From Candidatus Omnitrophota bacterium (GTDB lineage Bacteria > Omnitrophota > Gorgyraeia > JACQQV01): a stretch of 64,000 nt of DNA. Positions 44,745 through 53,910 of the stretch are shown here, piece after piece. Made by a program: the position numbers and the translations under genes. The notes under the pieces are model-generated. The model ran no database searches. It was given only the letters and a program-made list of their open reading frames with translations, and was not told the DNA's origin. Where the stretch lies: the NCBI GenBank assembly GCA_016206785.1, contig JACQQV010000012.1:9176-73175 (forward strand), written 5' to 3'. The first letter of the stretch is position 1; each line of letters begins with the position of its first letter.

Positions 44745-45565
44745 TTTTGCCTTTTGCGTTTTATATTTTGATTTTGCTTTTCAAAGTGCCAATGCCACGG
44801 TTCAAAACTGGTCCCCCAGGGATTGTCCCGCGGATAAGAGAGGAAAAAACCGTAGCGCTTGGCGTGACGGGTAAGCCACTCGTACTCAGGAAGTGTTTCA
44901 AATTCTTCAGGATGCTCCTCTCCATTTATCCCTTCTTCGTTGATGAAATCGATCGCCTGACGATGAGGCGCCCCATGCTCACTATGGCCGGGCAGCGCAA
45001 CAAAACGGTTCGTTTCTCTCAGGGAGTAGTCATGTTTTCGGAGGTAATAGAGGAAGAGATAAAGCTGGTAGGCGTGCGATCGATAGCCGGATTCCACATA
45101 AAGCCTCTTACCGATGTCTGCGTGCATCGCCGTCATCATCTCTTCATACGCCTCGTATACCTCTTTGGGAAGATATTGTTTAGGAAGTGTGGCGAGAGAG
45201 CCGCTGCGATGGATGCCCTGATCCGGAAGCTGCACGAAAAGAACATCCGGAGACGCGTTATCGAAGGTGTGGGCTGTCGCACCCAGAATTTTTGGATCGG
45301 CGCTTCGGATCCCCTCCAAAAAATTCTTTTGTTCAGGAGCCAAGGGCGTATAAAGTTCGTCAAAGGTTAAAAGATTCATCGAGCCGTTTGACTTGCGTGG
45401 ATCGATGGAGAGTTTTAAAGCCTTAAGGGTTGTCTTAGCCAGATGTCGTTCGGTAGGGGTCAGACGTTCAAGATCGAGGGAAAAGGCGGTTCCGGCGAAT
45501 GAAGTCAGAACAAACACGATTGAGACAAAAAAATTACTTTCTTTGATCAATTGGAATATACGCAA
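44741..45565 (-). CDS. D-alanyl-D-alanine carboxypeptidase (M15B, VanY-like)
   Basis: SGYRS..Q, VALPGHSEH..AIDF, YGFFLSYP, FEPWHW. Confidence 0.88.
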   Translation of the reverse strand: MRIFQLIKESNFFVSIVFVLTSFAGTAFSLDLERLTPTERHLAKTTLKALKLSIDPRKSNGSMNLLTFDELYTPLAPEQKNFLEGIRSADPKILGATAHTFDNASPDVLFVQLPDQGIHRSGSLATLPKQYLPKEVYEAYEEMMTAMHADIGKRLYVESGYRSHAYQLYLFLYYLRKHDYSLRETNRFVALPGHSEHGAPHRQAIDFINEEGINGEEHPEEFETLPEYEWLTRHAKRYGFFLSYPRDNPWGTSFEPWHWHFEKQNQNIKRKRQN

Positions 45566-46667
45566 GATCCATCGGCCCCGTGTAGTTGGACAGGGGTCGG
45601 ATGAGCCGATTGTTGGCGTATTGCTCTAAGACATGGGCGATCCATCCGGAGATCCGCGACATCGCAAACAGGGGGGTAAAGAAAGCAACAGGGAGGCCGA
45701 GATAATAAAGAAGTGGAGCCGAATAAAAATCGACGTTCACATAGAGCCCCTTCTCCCGATGAGCGACCTCTTTCACCTTTTCGGCAATCGTCACCCACTT
45801 GTCTTCCCTCTTCATCTCGCTCATCTTAATCGCCATCTGTCTTAAGTAGGGTGCCCGGGCATCTTCGGTTTTGTAGACCCGATGGCCAAAGCCCATGATC
45901 TTCTTCTTCTGAGCCAGTTTTTCCTTGATATAGCCTTCGGCTTTCTCCACCGATCCGATTTCAAGGAATGTCTCCATCGCCCGTTGGTTCGCGGAACCGT
46001 GGAGATCCCCTTTGAGGGCCCCAATGGCGGCGACGATGGCCGAATGAAGATCGGAGAGGGTGGCGGCCGTGGTCCGGGCGGTAAAGGTGGAGGCATTAAA
46101 CTCGTGGTCAGCCAGAAGAATGAGATACGATTCAAGGGCCTTGATGGAAGTCTCGTCGGGCAACTGGCCAGAAAGCATATAAAGGAAATTGGCGGAATGC
46201 GAGAGGTCTTTCCGCGGGGTGAGGAATGGTTTTCCTTCTCTTGCGCGGATTAAACAGGCGATAATTGCCGGAAATTGAGAAACAAGGCGGATCCCTTTCC
46301 GAAGATTTGCTTCCAGAGAATTATTTTCCGCATCGGGATCGTAGAGGCCGAGGAGGGATACGGCACTCCGAAGGGCCGCCATCGGTGGACCTTCTTTCGG
46401 AAAACGGAGGATCGCATCTAAAACAGGGGCGGGAAGGTCGCGGGCGGTGGAAAGTTTCTTCTCCCATTCCGAAAGTTGCACACGGTTCGGGAGACTTCCA
46501 AACCAAAGGAGATAAACAATTTCTTCGTAGTGCGTCTTAAAAACAAGTTCCCCGATGTCGTAGCCGCGATAGACGAGTCGACCCCTTTTGCCGTCGATAT
46601 AACAGATCTGGCTGTCGCCGGCAATGACGTCTTCCAACCCTCGCAGCATGACTTTTTCTTCCGCCAT
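45534..46667 (-). CDS. citrate / 2-methylcitrate synthase
   Basis: LVYRGYDI, DHEFNASTF, GDLHGSAN, MGFGHRVYK, NVDFYS, RLIRP. Confidence 0.93.
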   Translation of the reverse strand: MAEEKVMLRGLEDVIAGDSQICYIDGKRGRLVYRGYDIGELVFKTHYEEIVYLLWFGSLPNRVQLSEWEKKLSTARDLPAPVLDAILRFPKEGPPMAALRSAVSLLGLYDPDAENNSLEANLRKGIRLVSQFPAIIACLIRAREGKPFLTPRKDLSHSANFLYMLSGQLPDETSIKALESYLILLADHEFNASTFTARTTAATLSDLHSAIVAAIGALKGDLHGSANQRAMETFLEIGSVEKAEGYIKEKLAQKKKIMGFGHRVYKTEDARAPYLRQMAIKMSEMKREDKWVTIAEKVKEVAHREKGLYVNVDFYSAPLLYYLGLPVAFFTPLFAMSRISGWIAHVLEQYANNRLIRPLSNYTGPMDLAYIPIDQRK

Positions 46668-46775
46668 TCTTGCTCTCCTAACAAGGAAGTCCGCTTTATA
46701 TTATCGGAATTAAAATTCAAACGCAAGAATTTTTTTATAATTTCCATAATCTATTAAAAATAAATGAGTTATGAT

Positions 46776-47564
46776 CTACCCTGAGGCCCCGATGAGCACG
46801 AAATCGGTGATCATGGCCACAAAAAATCCGACAAGGAGTCCAATTTCTACAACCGACTCTTCCTTCAGCTGACGGCCCAAGTGCAAGAGTTCTCCCACAA
46901 TATAAAGAATCGTTCCAGAAGCGAGTGCCAGACAAAATGTCTCTGTCGGCTTACTGACCCACCACCCGCCGATGACCGCGCCCAGAAATGTGGGACCCCC
47001 GCCGATGAGCCCTGTGAGGGCCAGAAACTTCCAACTCACCTCATGACCGGAGAGTGGAGCAGCGATGCCAAACCCTTCTGTTGCATTATGGAGGGCAAAT
47101 CCAATCGCGAGAAGCCACGCAAGGTGAAGAGCCCCGGAGGCATACCCTTGACCGATGGCGAGTCCCTCGCTCAAATTATGAAGTCCTAAGCCGATTGCGA
47201 TCATCATCGCCACCTGTTTTGCCCGGGTCTTGGGAGTGATCCCATTTTTCGCTGTCCCTAGAAAACGTCGCTCAAAATAGACAAGGCCGAGAAGTCCAAG
47301 CGAAAATCCCACCGCAAACAACCCCCCTAATTGAAATGCCCCTGTCCATGACGCCCCATGCTCAAGAGCCTCCTCGATCAGTTCTTCAATCTCCTCGAGG
47401 AGGTGCCCTGTGATCTCCACCAGCAAGAAGATCAGAATACCGGTTGAAACGGCATTGAGAAATGCCTTCGTCTTGGTTGCGACATTTCGTAAACGCGCAA
47501 CAGGTAACCCGAGAAAAATGGTTCCTCCTGCAAGAAGCCCCAACACCCAAGGAATTTGATTCAT
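46776..47564 (-). CDS. ZIP family metal transporter
   Basis: LGLHNLSEGLAIG and ALHNATEGFGI; start moved to ATG 47564 (ATGA overlap with tonB). Confidence 0.9.
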   Translation of the reverse strand: MNQIPWVLGLLAGGTIFLGLPVARLRNVATKTKAFLNAVSTGILIFLLVEITGHLLEEIEELIEEALEHGASWTGAFQLGGLFAVGFSLGLLGLVYFERRFLGTAKNGITPKTRAKQVAMMIAIGLGLHNLSEGLAIGQGYASGALHLAWLLAIGFALHNATEGFGIAAPLSGHEVSWKFLALTGLIGGGPTFLGAVIGGWWVSKPTETFCLALASGTILYIVGELLHLGRQLKEESVVEIGLLVGFFVAMITDFVLIGASG

Positions 47565-48127
47565 TGCTTCCCCTCCGGGATCAGTTGAAATGTGATAGGA
47601 ATTTCTACCCATACGGTAACCGGATTGTTTCCACGCTTGGCAGGTTTAAATTGCCATCCTTTTACCGCCTTCGCCGCAGCCCCATCGAGTAGCGGAAAAC
47701 CCGAAGAAGAAAGTATTGTCAACTGTCCAGTGCGGCCCGTTGGAAGGACCTCCGCCTTTAAGAGAACTGTTCCTTCTTCCCCACGCTGGCGGGAAAGGAG
47801 GGGATAGATCGGTGCGGGATTGCGGAGATACCCCGGCAGAACCTCGGTGAGCGCCCCTTTAATTTCTGGTGCCACGACTGTCTGTGGTATGGGATCAGGC
47901 TCCTGAACGACCTCGGCGGTCGTCTTAGGTTTTACCTCGACGACAGGCAGTTCGGGGAGTGCCTGTGGAGTTATAGGATCGGTTCGCGGGGCGACCAGCC
48001 TTATCTCAACACTCGTCGGTGCCCGTTCTACATCAAATTGAACGGGGGTCGTCGTCGGCCATCCGAAAAAGAGGCCGGTATGGATCCCCAATGAGATGGC
48101 CAAAGCGCTTTTAAGTGTCCCGGTCAC
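47561..48127 (-). CDS. tonB: TonB family energy transducer
   Basis: N-terminal TM with SxxxH, Pro-rich linker, P.YP..RGEEG.V..SSG..LD.AA..W.F.PA. Confidence 0.9.
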   Translation of the reverse strand: MTGTLKSALAISLGIHTGLFFGWPTTTPVQFDVERAPTSVEIRLVAPRTDPITPQALPELPVVEVKPKTTAEVVQEPDPIPQTVVAPEIKGALTEVLPGYLRNPAPIYPLLSRQRGEEGTVLLKAEVLPTGRTGQLTILSSSGFPLLDGAAAKAVKGWQFKPAKRGNNPVTVWVEIPITFQLIPEGKQ

Positions 48128-48531
48128 GACCGATCTCCTTCTGTCTGAAATGACACGCGTGCAAGGCCCGCTTGACGAACCGCATCCAAAACCGCCATCA
48201 CCGTTCCATGAGCTGTACGGCGGTCTGCGTTAATCGTCACGAGCGGATCGGCCGCGCGAAGTCGATGTTGACGAAGCGAGCCAGAAAGGTCATTGAGGGC
48301 TATTGGCTCTTGGTTTAGAAAAAGTGATCCCTCAGCAGTCACGGTAATGGTGAGAGATTCTTCTGTCGTGGTGACCGCCGTTTCGGCGGCGGGAAGATCT
48401 ACAATGAGGCCTTCCTGCATCGTCATGGAAAAAACCCCAAAGATGAAAAACACCAGCAAAAGGAAAAACATATCGATGAGCGGCACCATCTCAATCCGCG
48501 GACGTTTAGACGGAAACGCCTTGATCTGCAT
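48124..48531 (-). CDS. exbD: biopolymer transport protein ExbD
   Basis: IEMVPLIDMFFLLLVFF, VDLP, INAD. Confidence 0.9.
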   Translation of the reverse strand: MQIKAFPSKRPRIEMVPLIDMFFLLLVFFIFGVFSMTMQEGLIVDLPAAETAVTTTEESLTITVTAEGSLFLNQEPIALNDLSGSLRQHRLRAADPLVTINADRRTAHGTVMAVLDAVRQAGLARVSFQTEGDRS

Positions 48532-49132
48532 GTTTGGTCTTTCCCTTCTGACACAGAATTTGGAAGTTGGTCACATGGGTTGAAATCTGGCTGGCCGCAT
48601 CCTCGACTCTCGCACAAAAATAGTTATAGGCGATCACCGTCGGGATTGCGATGGCGAGCCCCGCTACTGTCGTGATAACCGCCTGCGCAATTCCTGCGGC
48701 AACGATCTTGGGGTCCGGAATCCGGCCTTCCAATGAACCAAAGGCGACGAGAATTCCGGTCACCGTTCCAAAGATACCCAAAAGAGGGGCTACAGTGATG
48801 ATGGTATCCAGAACCCCCAGATAGCGCTTCATCCGCTTGAGCTCCGCGTGAACCACCACCTCGAGCGCCCCTTCGAGGGAAAAGTGGTGGTGCTCCAAGC
48901 CGTTAAGGATAATCCGGGCCACAGGATCTTTGCTTTCTCTGGCACTCGCAGCCGCTTCTTCAAAAAGTCCTCGTTCAACCAGATGGAGCAGTTTGTGGAC
49001 AAGTGCGGACTCTTGGATTCGGCTCTCCTTCACCCAAAAAAGAAGTCGTTCAATGATCACACCGAGTGCAATCACGGAACAGAGTAAGAGAGGCCACATG
49101 ACCGGCCCGCCCTTCAGAAACCAGTGCCACAT
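48506..49132 (-). CDS. exbB: ExbB/TolQ proton channel protein
   Basis: GGPVMWPL, APLLGIFGTVTGI, GIAQAVITTVAGLAIAIP. Confidence 0.9.
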   Translation of the reverse strand: MWHWFLKGGPVMWPLLLCSVIALGVIIERLLFWVKESRIQESALVHKLLHLVERGLFEEAAASARESKDPVARIILNGLEHHHFSLEGALEVVVHAELKRMKRYLGVLDTIITVAPLLGIFGTVTGILVAFGSLEGRIPDPKIVAAGIAQAVITTVAGLAIAIPTVIAYNYFCARVEDAASQISTHVTNFQILCQKGKTKHADQGVSV

Positions 49133-49151
49133 AACCTTTGATTCTCCTTTC

Positions 49152-51251
49152 TCAGAATTTTACCCCAGCCCGTACACCCCCATAGAAATTCCGTTCGTAG
49201 GCCGGATCGATGCCTTCACTGCGAATCCGGGCGTAGTAGCGCTCATCAAAAAGATTATTGATCCCACCGAAGAGCGCCACATACTCTTTCCATACCTTCA
49301 GTTCTCCGGTCAGATCCCAGACCTTGTAGGATGGGATCGTTCGGTTTGTTGTATTAGCATCATCTGCAAAGTGATCGTCGACAAAGGTGCTTCCGAGACG
49401 CGCTTTGGCGCGATCCTTGAAGGCATATTCGACCCCGAATCGGATCGTGTACTGGGGCGCATGCTGCGGTGTCTTACCGTCCTGCGGGCCTTCGGTAAAT
49501 TTCGCATCCAGAAGCATCAGATTCACGTAGGGACTTACCGAACCGACCCGATCCCCGCCCATCAGATCGACCTCCGTAGCAAATTCCACACCCTGGTGGA
49601 GCGCGTCGCCGACGTTCTCGATCGTGTTACCCGAAGTCCCGATCTGGTCACTAAAATTCAGAAGGAAATAACTCGCGTCCCAAGTAAGCGCCTCCCAATG
49701 TCGCCCGCGCATCCCGACGTCAAACGTCCAACTTTTTCCTTCTTCAAGATCGCTGTTAAGGACTTGACTCGCCCCTGTCGGAACCGCCTGGGTAAATATT
49801 TTCGGCCGGTAGGATTGTGAAAGGTTTGTGTATAAATCGATCTCCGGGGTCACGTCCAGATTGATCCCGACGCCAAAGAGCGGCACGAAATCAAATTCAT
49901 CAACGTCTGCAAGGGGAGTTCCCACCCCGGCCTTGTCCGCATTCACATCTTCTTTCACATGTTGCCAGATGTTTTCGAGTCTAACACCGGGTGTTACGGA
50001 TAATTTCCCGAACCGAAACAGATGTTCGGCAAAAAGCGAGAGATACTCCATTTTCCGGTCACTTTTGTTGCGCAGGGCCCCGGAATCTGCATCTGGCGCT
50101 GTTCCCCGCTGATCTTCTCGCGGAGAATCGGAGAAATAGGTCAAAAGCCCCGCCGTCAGGGTGTGGCCTTCTTGTCCAAATGCATCATAGGTGCGCCGAA
50201 ACCGAGGTTCGAATCCGACGGTATAGAAATCCTGTTCCTCAATGCTGTTAGTAGAGGAGGCACTTCCTGTCGGCAACGTTCCAAACCCCCCTCCTCGCTG
50301 ACGCTTGCTGTATCGGCGGTAATGCCCACCGAACGTTCTGAAATCAAACCGGGTCTCTTCGCCGATGTCGCGCTCATAGATCAGCGTCCCATAGTAACGC
50401 TCGAGACGGAACCGGTCGTTAAACCGTGTCGTTGCATCACGGCCCTCACTGTCCGCCACCGCTTTCGTCAATCCTCCCGGCTCTCCATGTTCCTCATGGT
50501 ATTCGTCATAGCCCACGATCCATCGGGAATCGGTTGTTTGCCCGATGGTCATCTTGAGCCCTCCGCCAAGAACCTCGAAGTCGCTGTTTGCCTCGCGAAA
50601 ACCGTTTCCTTCCCGTTCATGGAAGTAGCCCCGATAGCCGAGCGGCTGTGACAATCCGGTGACCGCTGTATAATGCGAAAAAAGTTCATCGGTTCCAAAA
50701 CTGTTTTCGGTGTAGGCCGCAAACGGGGTATCCGTCGCCGGTTCCTTTGTAATGAAATTGAGCGCTCCTCCAGGCTGGGGGCCGTACATGAGCGATGCGC
50801 CTCCGTGTATGAATTCGATATGGTCGATACTTTGAAGCGGCGGAACATAGTACGCCTCGGGGTAGCCAAACATCTCCGCATGGATCGGGATGCCATCCTT
50901 GAGGACCTGTGTAAACTGGGCCCGGTGCGGCTCAAGCCCTCGATACCCTACGCTCAAAAGCGGGGTTGTTTCCTCACTCAGCAGCAACCCCGGCGTCTTG
51001 GCCAAGACCTGACGGTAGTTGTTGTTGACAATCGTGGGCTGGGCTTGGAGGTCGATGACTTCAGTCTTTTTACCAGAGTAAATGCGCGTCCCTGTGACGT
51101 CGGGTAAGAAACGCTTGCCCGCCCGCACCTCCTCAGCCCGAACAGTCACTTCCTCCATCCGATACGTTCTCTCTTCCGCAGCCTGACAAACCACCGCCCA
51201 CCCCCCTAACAGCACAAAAACTCCCGACCAGACAACTTCTTTTCGCAACAT
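49152..51251 (-). CDS. TonB-dependent outer-membrane receptor (FecA-like)
   Basis: signal peptide, EEVTV TonB-box, plug (IEFIHGGASLMYGP..GGALNFIT), NNLFDERY, terminal Phe; start moved to ATG 51251. Confidence 0.92.
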   Translation of the reverse strand: MLRKEVVWSGVFVLLGGWAVVCQAAEERTYRMEEVTVRAEEVRAGKRFLPDVTGTRIYSGKKTEVIDLQAQPTIVNNNYRQVLAKTPGLLLSEETTPLLSVGYRGLEPHRAQFTQVLKDGIPIHAEMFGYPEAYYVPPLQSIDHIEFIHGGASLMYGPQPGGALNFITKEPATDTPFAAYTENSFGTDELFSHYTAVTGLSQPLGYRGYFHEREGNGFREANSDFEVLGGGLKMTIGQTTDSRWIVGYDEYHEEHGEPGGLTKAVADSEGRDATTRFNDRFRLERYYGTLIYERDIGEETRFDFRTFGGHYRRYSKRQRGGGFGTLPTGSASSTNSIEEQDFYTVGFEPRFRRTYDAFGQEGHTLTAGLLTYFSDSPREDQRGTAPDADSGALRNKSDRKMEYLSLFAEHLFRFGKLSVTPGVRLENIWQHVKEDVNADKAGVGTPLADVDEFDFVPLFGVGINLDVTPEIDLYTNLSQSYRPKIFTQAVPTGASQVLNSDLEEGKSWTFDVGMRGRHWEALTWDASYFLLNFSDQIGTSGNTIENVGDALHQGVEFATEVDLMGGDRVGSVSPYVNLMLLDAKFTEGPQDGKTPQHAPQYTIRFGVEYAFKDRAKARLGSTFVDDHFADDANTTNRTIPSYKVWDLTGELKVWKEYVALFGGINNLFDERYYARIRSEGIDPAYERNFYGGVRAGVKF

Positions 51252-51264
51252 CTTATGATCCTTT

Positions 51265-51447
51265 CTATGGTGAAGTTCCTCCGGTTGTCTGGTCGGAATT
51301 CTCTTTTTTCTCCAAACGGACCTTTTCGATACGTTCAATCTGCGTCACTTTTCCATCATGCACAACAAGATGGAGTGAGCCGTACCGCAACCCTTTTGAA
51401 AGGGTATTTAAACGCCGTCTGACCTGATCGTCTATGACTTCGCTCAT
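51265..51447 (-). CDS. YezD/DUF2292 family small protein
   Basis: LRYGSLHLVVHDGKVTQIERIEKVRL. Confidence 0.85.
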   Translation of the reverse strand: MSEVIDDQVRRRLNTLSKGLRYGSLHLVVHDGKVTQIERIEKVRLEKKENSDQTTGGTSP

Positions 51448-51454
51448 AAATGAA

Positions 51455-51473
51455 ATTGCGACTCAATCTCAAT
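51455..51473. promoter_or_regulatory. Fur-family operator upstream of the receptor operon
   Basis: ATTGCGACT-C-AATCTCAAT imperfect 9-1-9 palindrome, similar to the box upstream of fur. Confidence 0.65.
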
Positions 51474-51487
51474 AATAGAGAAAAAAA

Positions 51488-51910
51488 TTAATTCCCTACC
51501 CTACACCGATGGCACAGCCCGTAAATTTTGTGAGAATGGGACACGATCTTAAAGTGATAATGCCTCGCCACTTTTTCCTGCTCTGATTCGATATCCGGAT
51601 TCTCAAATTCAGTGATCCGCCCGCATTTCAAACAGACGAGGTGATCATGGTGATGTCGCCCGAGCCGGCTTTCATAGAGGTGATAACCCCGGTCAAAATC
51701 ATGGACATCCAGGACGTCGTGGGCAGCCAAGAGTTTCAATGTCCGATAGACGGTTGCCCGTGAAATCCCTGCCCGCTTCTGACGAAGCGTCTCGTACAGC
51801 TCTTCTGCACTAAAGTGCTTGTGCTGGAGAAGAGCCTTTTCAAGGAGTCTCCTCCTCTGCTCTGTAAGTTTAACCCCCTTTTCCTTTAGAACCGCATCGA
51901 GCTCCCCCAT
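51488..51910 (-). CDS. fur: Fur family transcriptional regulator
   Basis: LTEQR, HFSAEEL, SRATVYRTL, HHHDHLVCLKC, GLCHRC. Confidence 0.92.
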   Translation of the reverse strand: MGELDAVLKEKGVKLTEQRRRLLEKALLQHKHFSAEELYETLRQKRAGISRATVYRTLKLLAAHDVLDVHDFDRGYHLYESRLGRHHHDHLVCLKCGRITEFENPDIESEQEKVARHYHFKIVSHSHKIYGLCHRCRVGN

Positions 51911-51921
51911 GGCATCCTCAC

Positions 51922-51974
51922 TTTGAGACTGAGTCTCACTTTCATATGTTAATGGATTTCCGAAATCCTGTCAA
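51922..51974 (-). promoter_or_regulatory. fur promoter with autoregulatory Fur-type box
   Basis: TTGACA-17 nt-TAACAT (51974-51946) followed by perfect TGAGACT-G-AGTCTCA 7-1-7 palindrome (51924-51938). Confidence 0.75.
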
Positions 51975-51983
51975 GAGATTTTT

Positions 51984-52658
51984 TTACGGAAGGAAACGGA
52001 GGATCGCCCAGAAGGTCTGGAGGCTGGCGGAGAGGCGGCCCCGGAAACTGCCGCTCAGTTTGGACTCCCCCACCCGCTTTCGATAGCGCACTGGCACCTC
52101 AAGGACTTTCGCATTCTTTTTCGCAACCTTGAGTTGCATTTCAACGTGCCAAGCGTAGGAATGGTCACGCATCTTTAAAGTTTCTAACACAGGGTAGCGG
52201 ATTGCGCGGAAAGGACCGACATCGGTATACCGCTTCTTGAAAAAAGCATTTATCAAGAGACAGGCGAGACGATTTCTCCAGAGAACCTGGGACGGGATGG
52301 ATCCTTTTTCCCAATTCCCAAGTATTCGTGAGCCGACGACAAAATCGGCTTCCCCTTGAGTGATCGGAGCGATCAGTTGAGGAAGTTCCTCCGGAAAGTC
52401 GCTCAAGTCTCCATTCAGAAAAACAACCACGTCGGGATGACTCAACGTACGAAGCGCGGTGAGACAAGCCCGCCCGTAACCCCGGCGGAGTTCATGAACC
52501 ACCTTTGCCCCTTTGGAGCGGGCAATGAGCGCACTTTGATCGCTTGACCCGTTGTCCACCACAACGATTTCATTCACCATGTTTTTTGGAATGGCATCGA
52601 TCACTGCACCGATCGATTTTTCTTCATTCAAGACTGGGATAATGATAGAGACTCTCAT
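51984..52658 (-). CDS. glycosyltransferase family 2 (DPM1-like)
   Basis: SIIIPVLNEE, VVDNGSSD, RGYG.AC, FVVGSR, TDVGPFRAIR, EVPVRY. Confidence 0.9.
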   Translation of the reverse strand: MRVSIIIPVLNEEKSIGAVIDAIPKNMVNEIVVVDNGSSDQSALIARSKGAKVVHELRRGYGRACLTALRTLSHPDVVVFLNGDLSDFPEELPQLIAPITQGEADFVVGSRILGNWEKGSIPSQVLWRNRLACLLINAFFKKRYTDVGPFRAIRYPVLETLKMRDHSYAWHVEMQLKVAKKNAKVLEVPVRYRKRVGESKLSGSFRGRLSASLQTFWAILRFLP

Positions 52659-53149
52659 CTTTCTTCTAAAAGAGGGAGGATAAGTTGCTCCAGCTCCTCT
52701 TTTTCCTTATATCCAAAGAGTTTTCTCCGCATAAACCCTTTCCGATCGATCAGAAAGGCGGTTGGTAAGAAAACGATGCCCCGATAATCCTCAATAATTT
52801 TGTCGTCTCCCAGGACAACCGGATAGGTGACCTGTTTCTCCTTTACAAAATGTTCGAGAGACCTTTTTGAATCACCGAGGGAAACCCCAACGATAACCAG
52901 TCCTTTCTCTTTGTAGGTATTATAAAGAGACACAAGATGGGGAACCTCTTCAATGCAAGGGGGACACCAGGCTCCCCAAAAATCCAGATAAACGACTTTC
53001 CCTGAAAAATCCTCCAGATGCACCGTGTTGCCGTCGAGACGAGGGAGGCTAAAAGAGGGGGCTTTTTGAAGTTCCGGATCACCCCAGCTGAAGCGTTGCA
53101 TTCCTAAAAGAGCAACGCCACACAAAAGGAACATGAGCGCTCTTCTCAA
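52655..53149 (-). CDS. TlpA-family thiol:disulfide oxidoreductase
   Basis: APSFSL, GKVVYLDFWGAWCPPC, PTAFLIDRKG. Confidence 0.9.
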   Translation of the reverse strand: MRRALMFLLCGVALLGMQRFSWGDPELQKAPSFSLPRLDGNTVHLEDFSGKVVYLDFWGAWCPPCIEEVPHLVSLYNTYKEKGLVIVGVSLGDSKRSLEHFVKEKQVTYPVVLGDDKIIEDYRGIVFLPTAFLIDRKGFMRRKLFGYKEKEELEQLILPLLEER

Positions 53150-53160
53150 CTGAACACCTC

Positions 53161-53910
53161 CTATAAATTAAACAAGCGGACCAAAGGGGCAAGGGTCTTA
53201 TTGAGAAAATTGGTCAACCAAAAAAGGGCGTTGGTCACAAGGAGTACCCCGATGCCCATGAGGAGGACCCCACTGCCCACCTCTATCCAATGAAGATACC
53301 GTTTTATTTTCTGAAAAGAAGAGAGAAAAAGGTTCATGGCAAGTGCGGACAGCAAGAACGGAATCCCAAGACCGAGAGAGTAGACGGAAAGATAAAAGAT
53401 CCCCTGTTGGAAACTCTGGGAAGCGCCTGCCAGGACAAGAATCGATCCTAAGATCGGGCCCACACACGGAGTCCACCCAAATGCAAAAATGGTCCCAACA
53501 AGGAAAGAACCTAAAAACCCCGTGGGATGGGCGGGTAAGGAAAATTTCTTCTCCCGCATGAGAAAGGTAGGCTTGAGAAACCCAGCGAGGGTGGCTCCTA
53601 AGAGAATGATAAAGACCCCGCCAATTTGACGGAACCGTTTTTGATGCTGTGCAAAAAGCTGGCCCAGGACACTGGCCGAGGCACCCAAAATGACAAAAAT
53701 AACGGAGAAACCCAGGATAAAAAGGAGCGCATGGAAGCCCACCTTCCGCCAGGATCCCCTGCGGGAACCCGACTGTGTGAGTTCCTCGACAGAAAGGCCC
53801 GTGATATAGGAAAGGTAGGAAGGAATTAAAGGAAGCACACAGGGCGAAAGAAAAGAAGCAACCCCTGCCAAAAACGAAAATGTGATACTGACTGATCCTG
53901 AGGGAACCAA
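53161..53910 (-). CDS. ccdA: CcdA/DsbD-type disulfide transfer membrane protein
   Basis: SFLSPCVLPL and GWTPCVGP. Confidence 0.92.
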   Translation of the reverse strand: MVPSGSVSITFSFLAGVASFLSPCVLPLIPSYLSYITGLSVEELTQSGSRRGSWRKVGFHALLFILGFSVIFVILGASASVLGQLFAQHQKRFRQIGGVFIILLGATLAGFLKPTFLMREKKFSLPAHPTGFLGSFLVGTIFAFGWTPCVGPILGSILVLAGASQSFQQGIFYLSVYSLGLGIPFLLSALAMNLFLSSFQKIKRYLHWIEVGSGVLLMGIGVLLVTNALFWLTNFLNKTLAPLVRLFNL

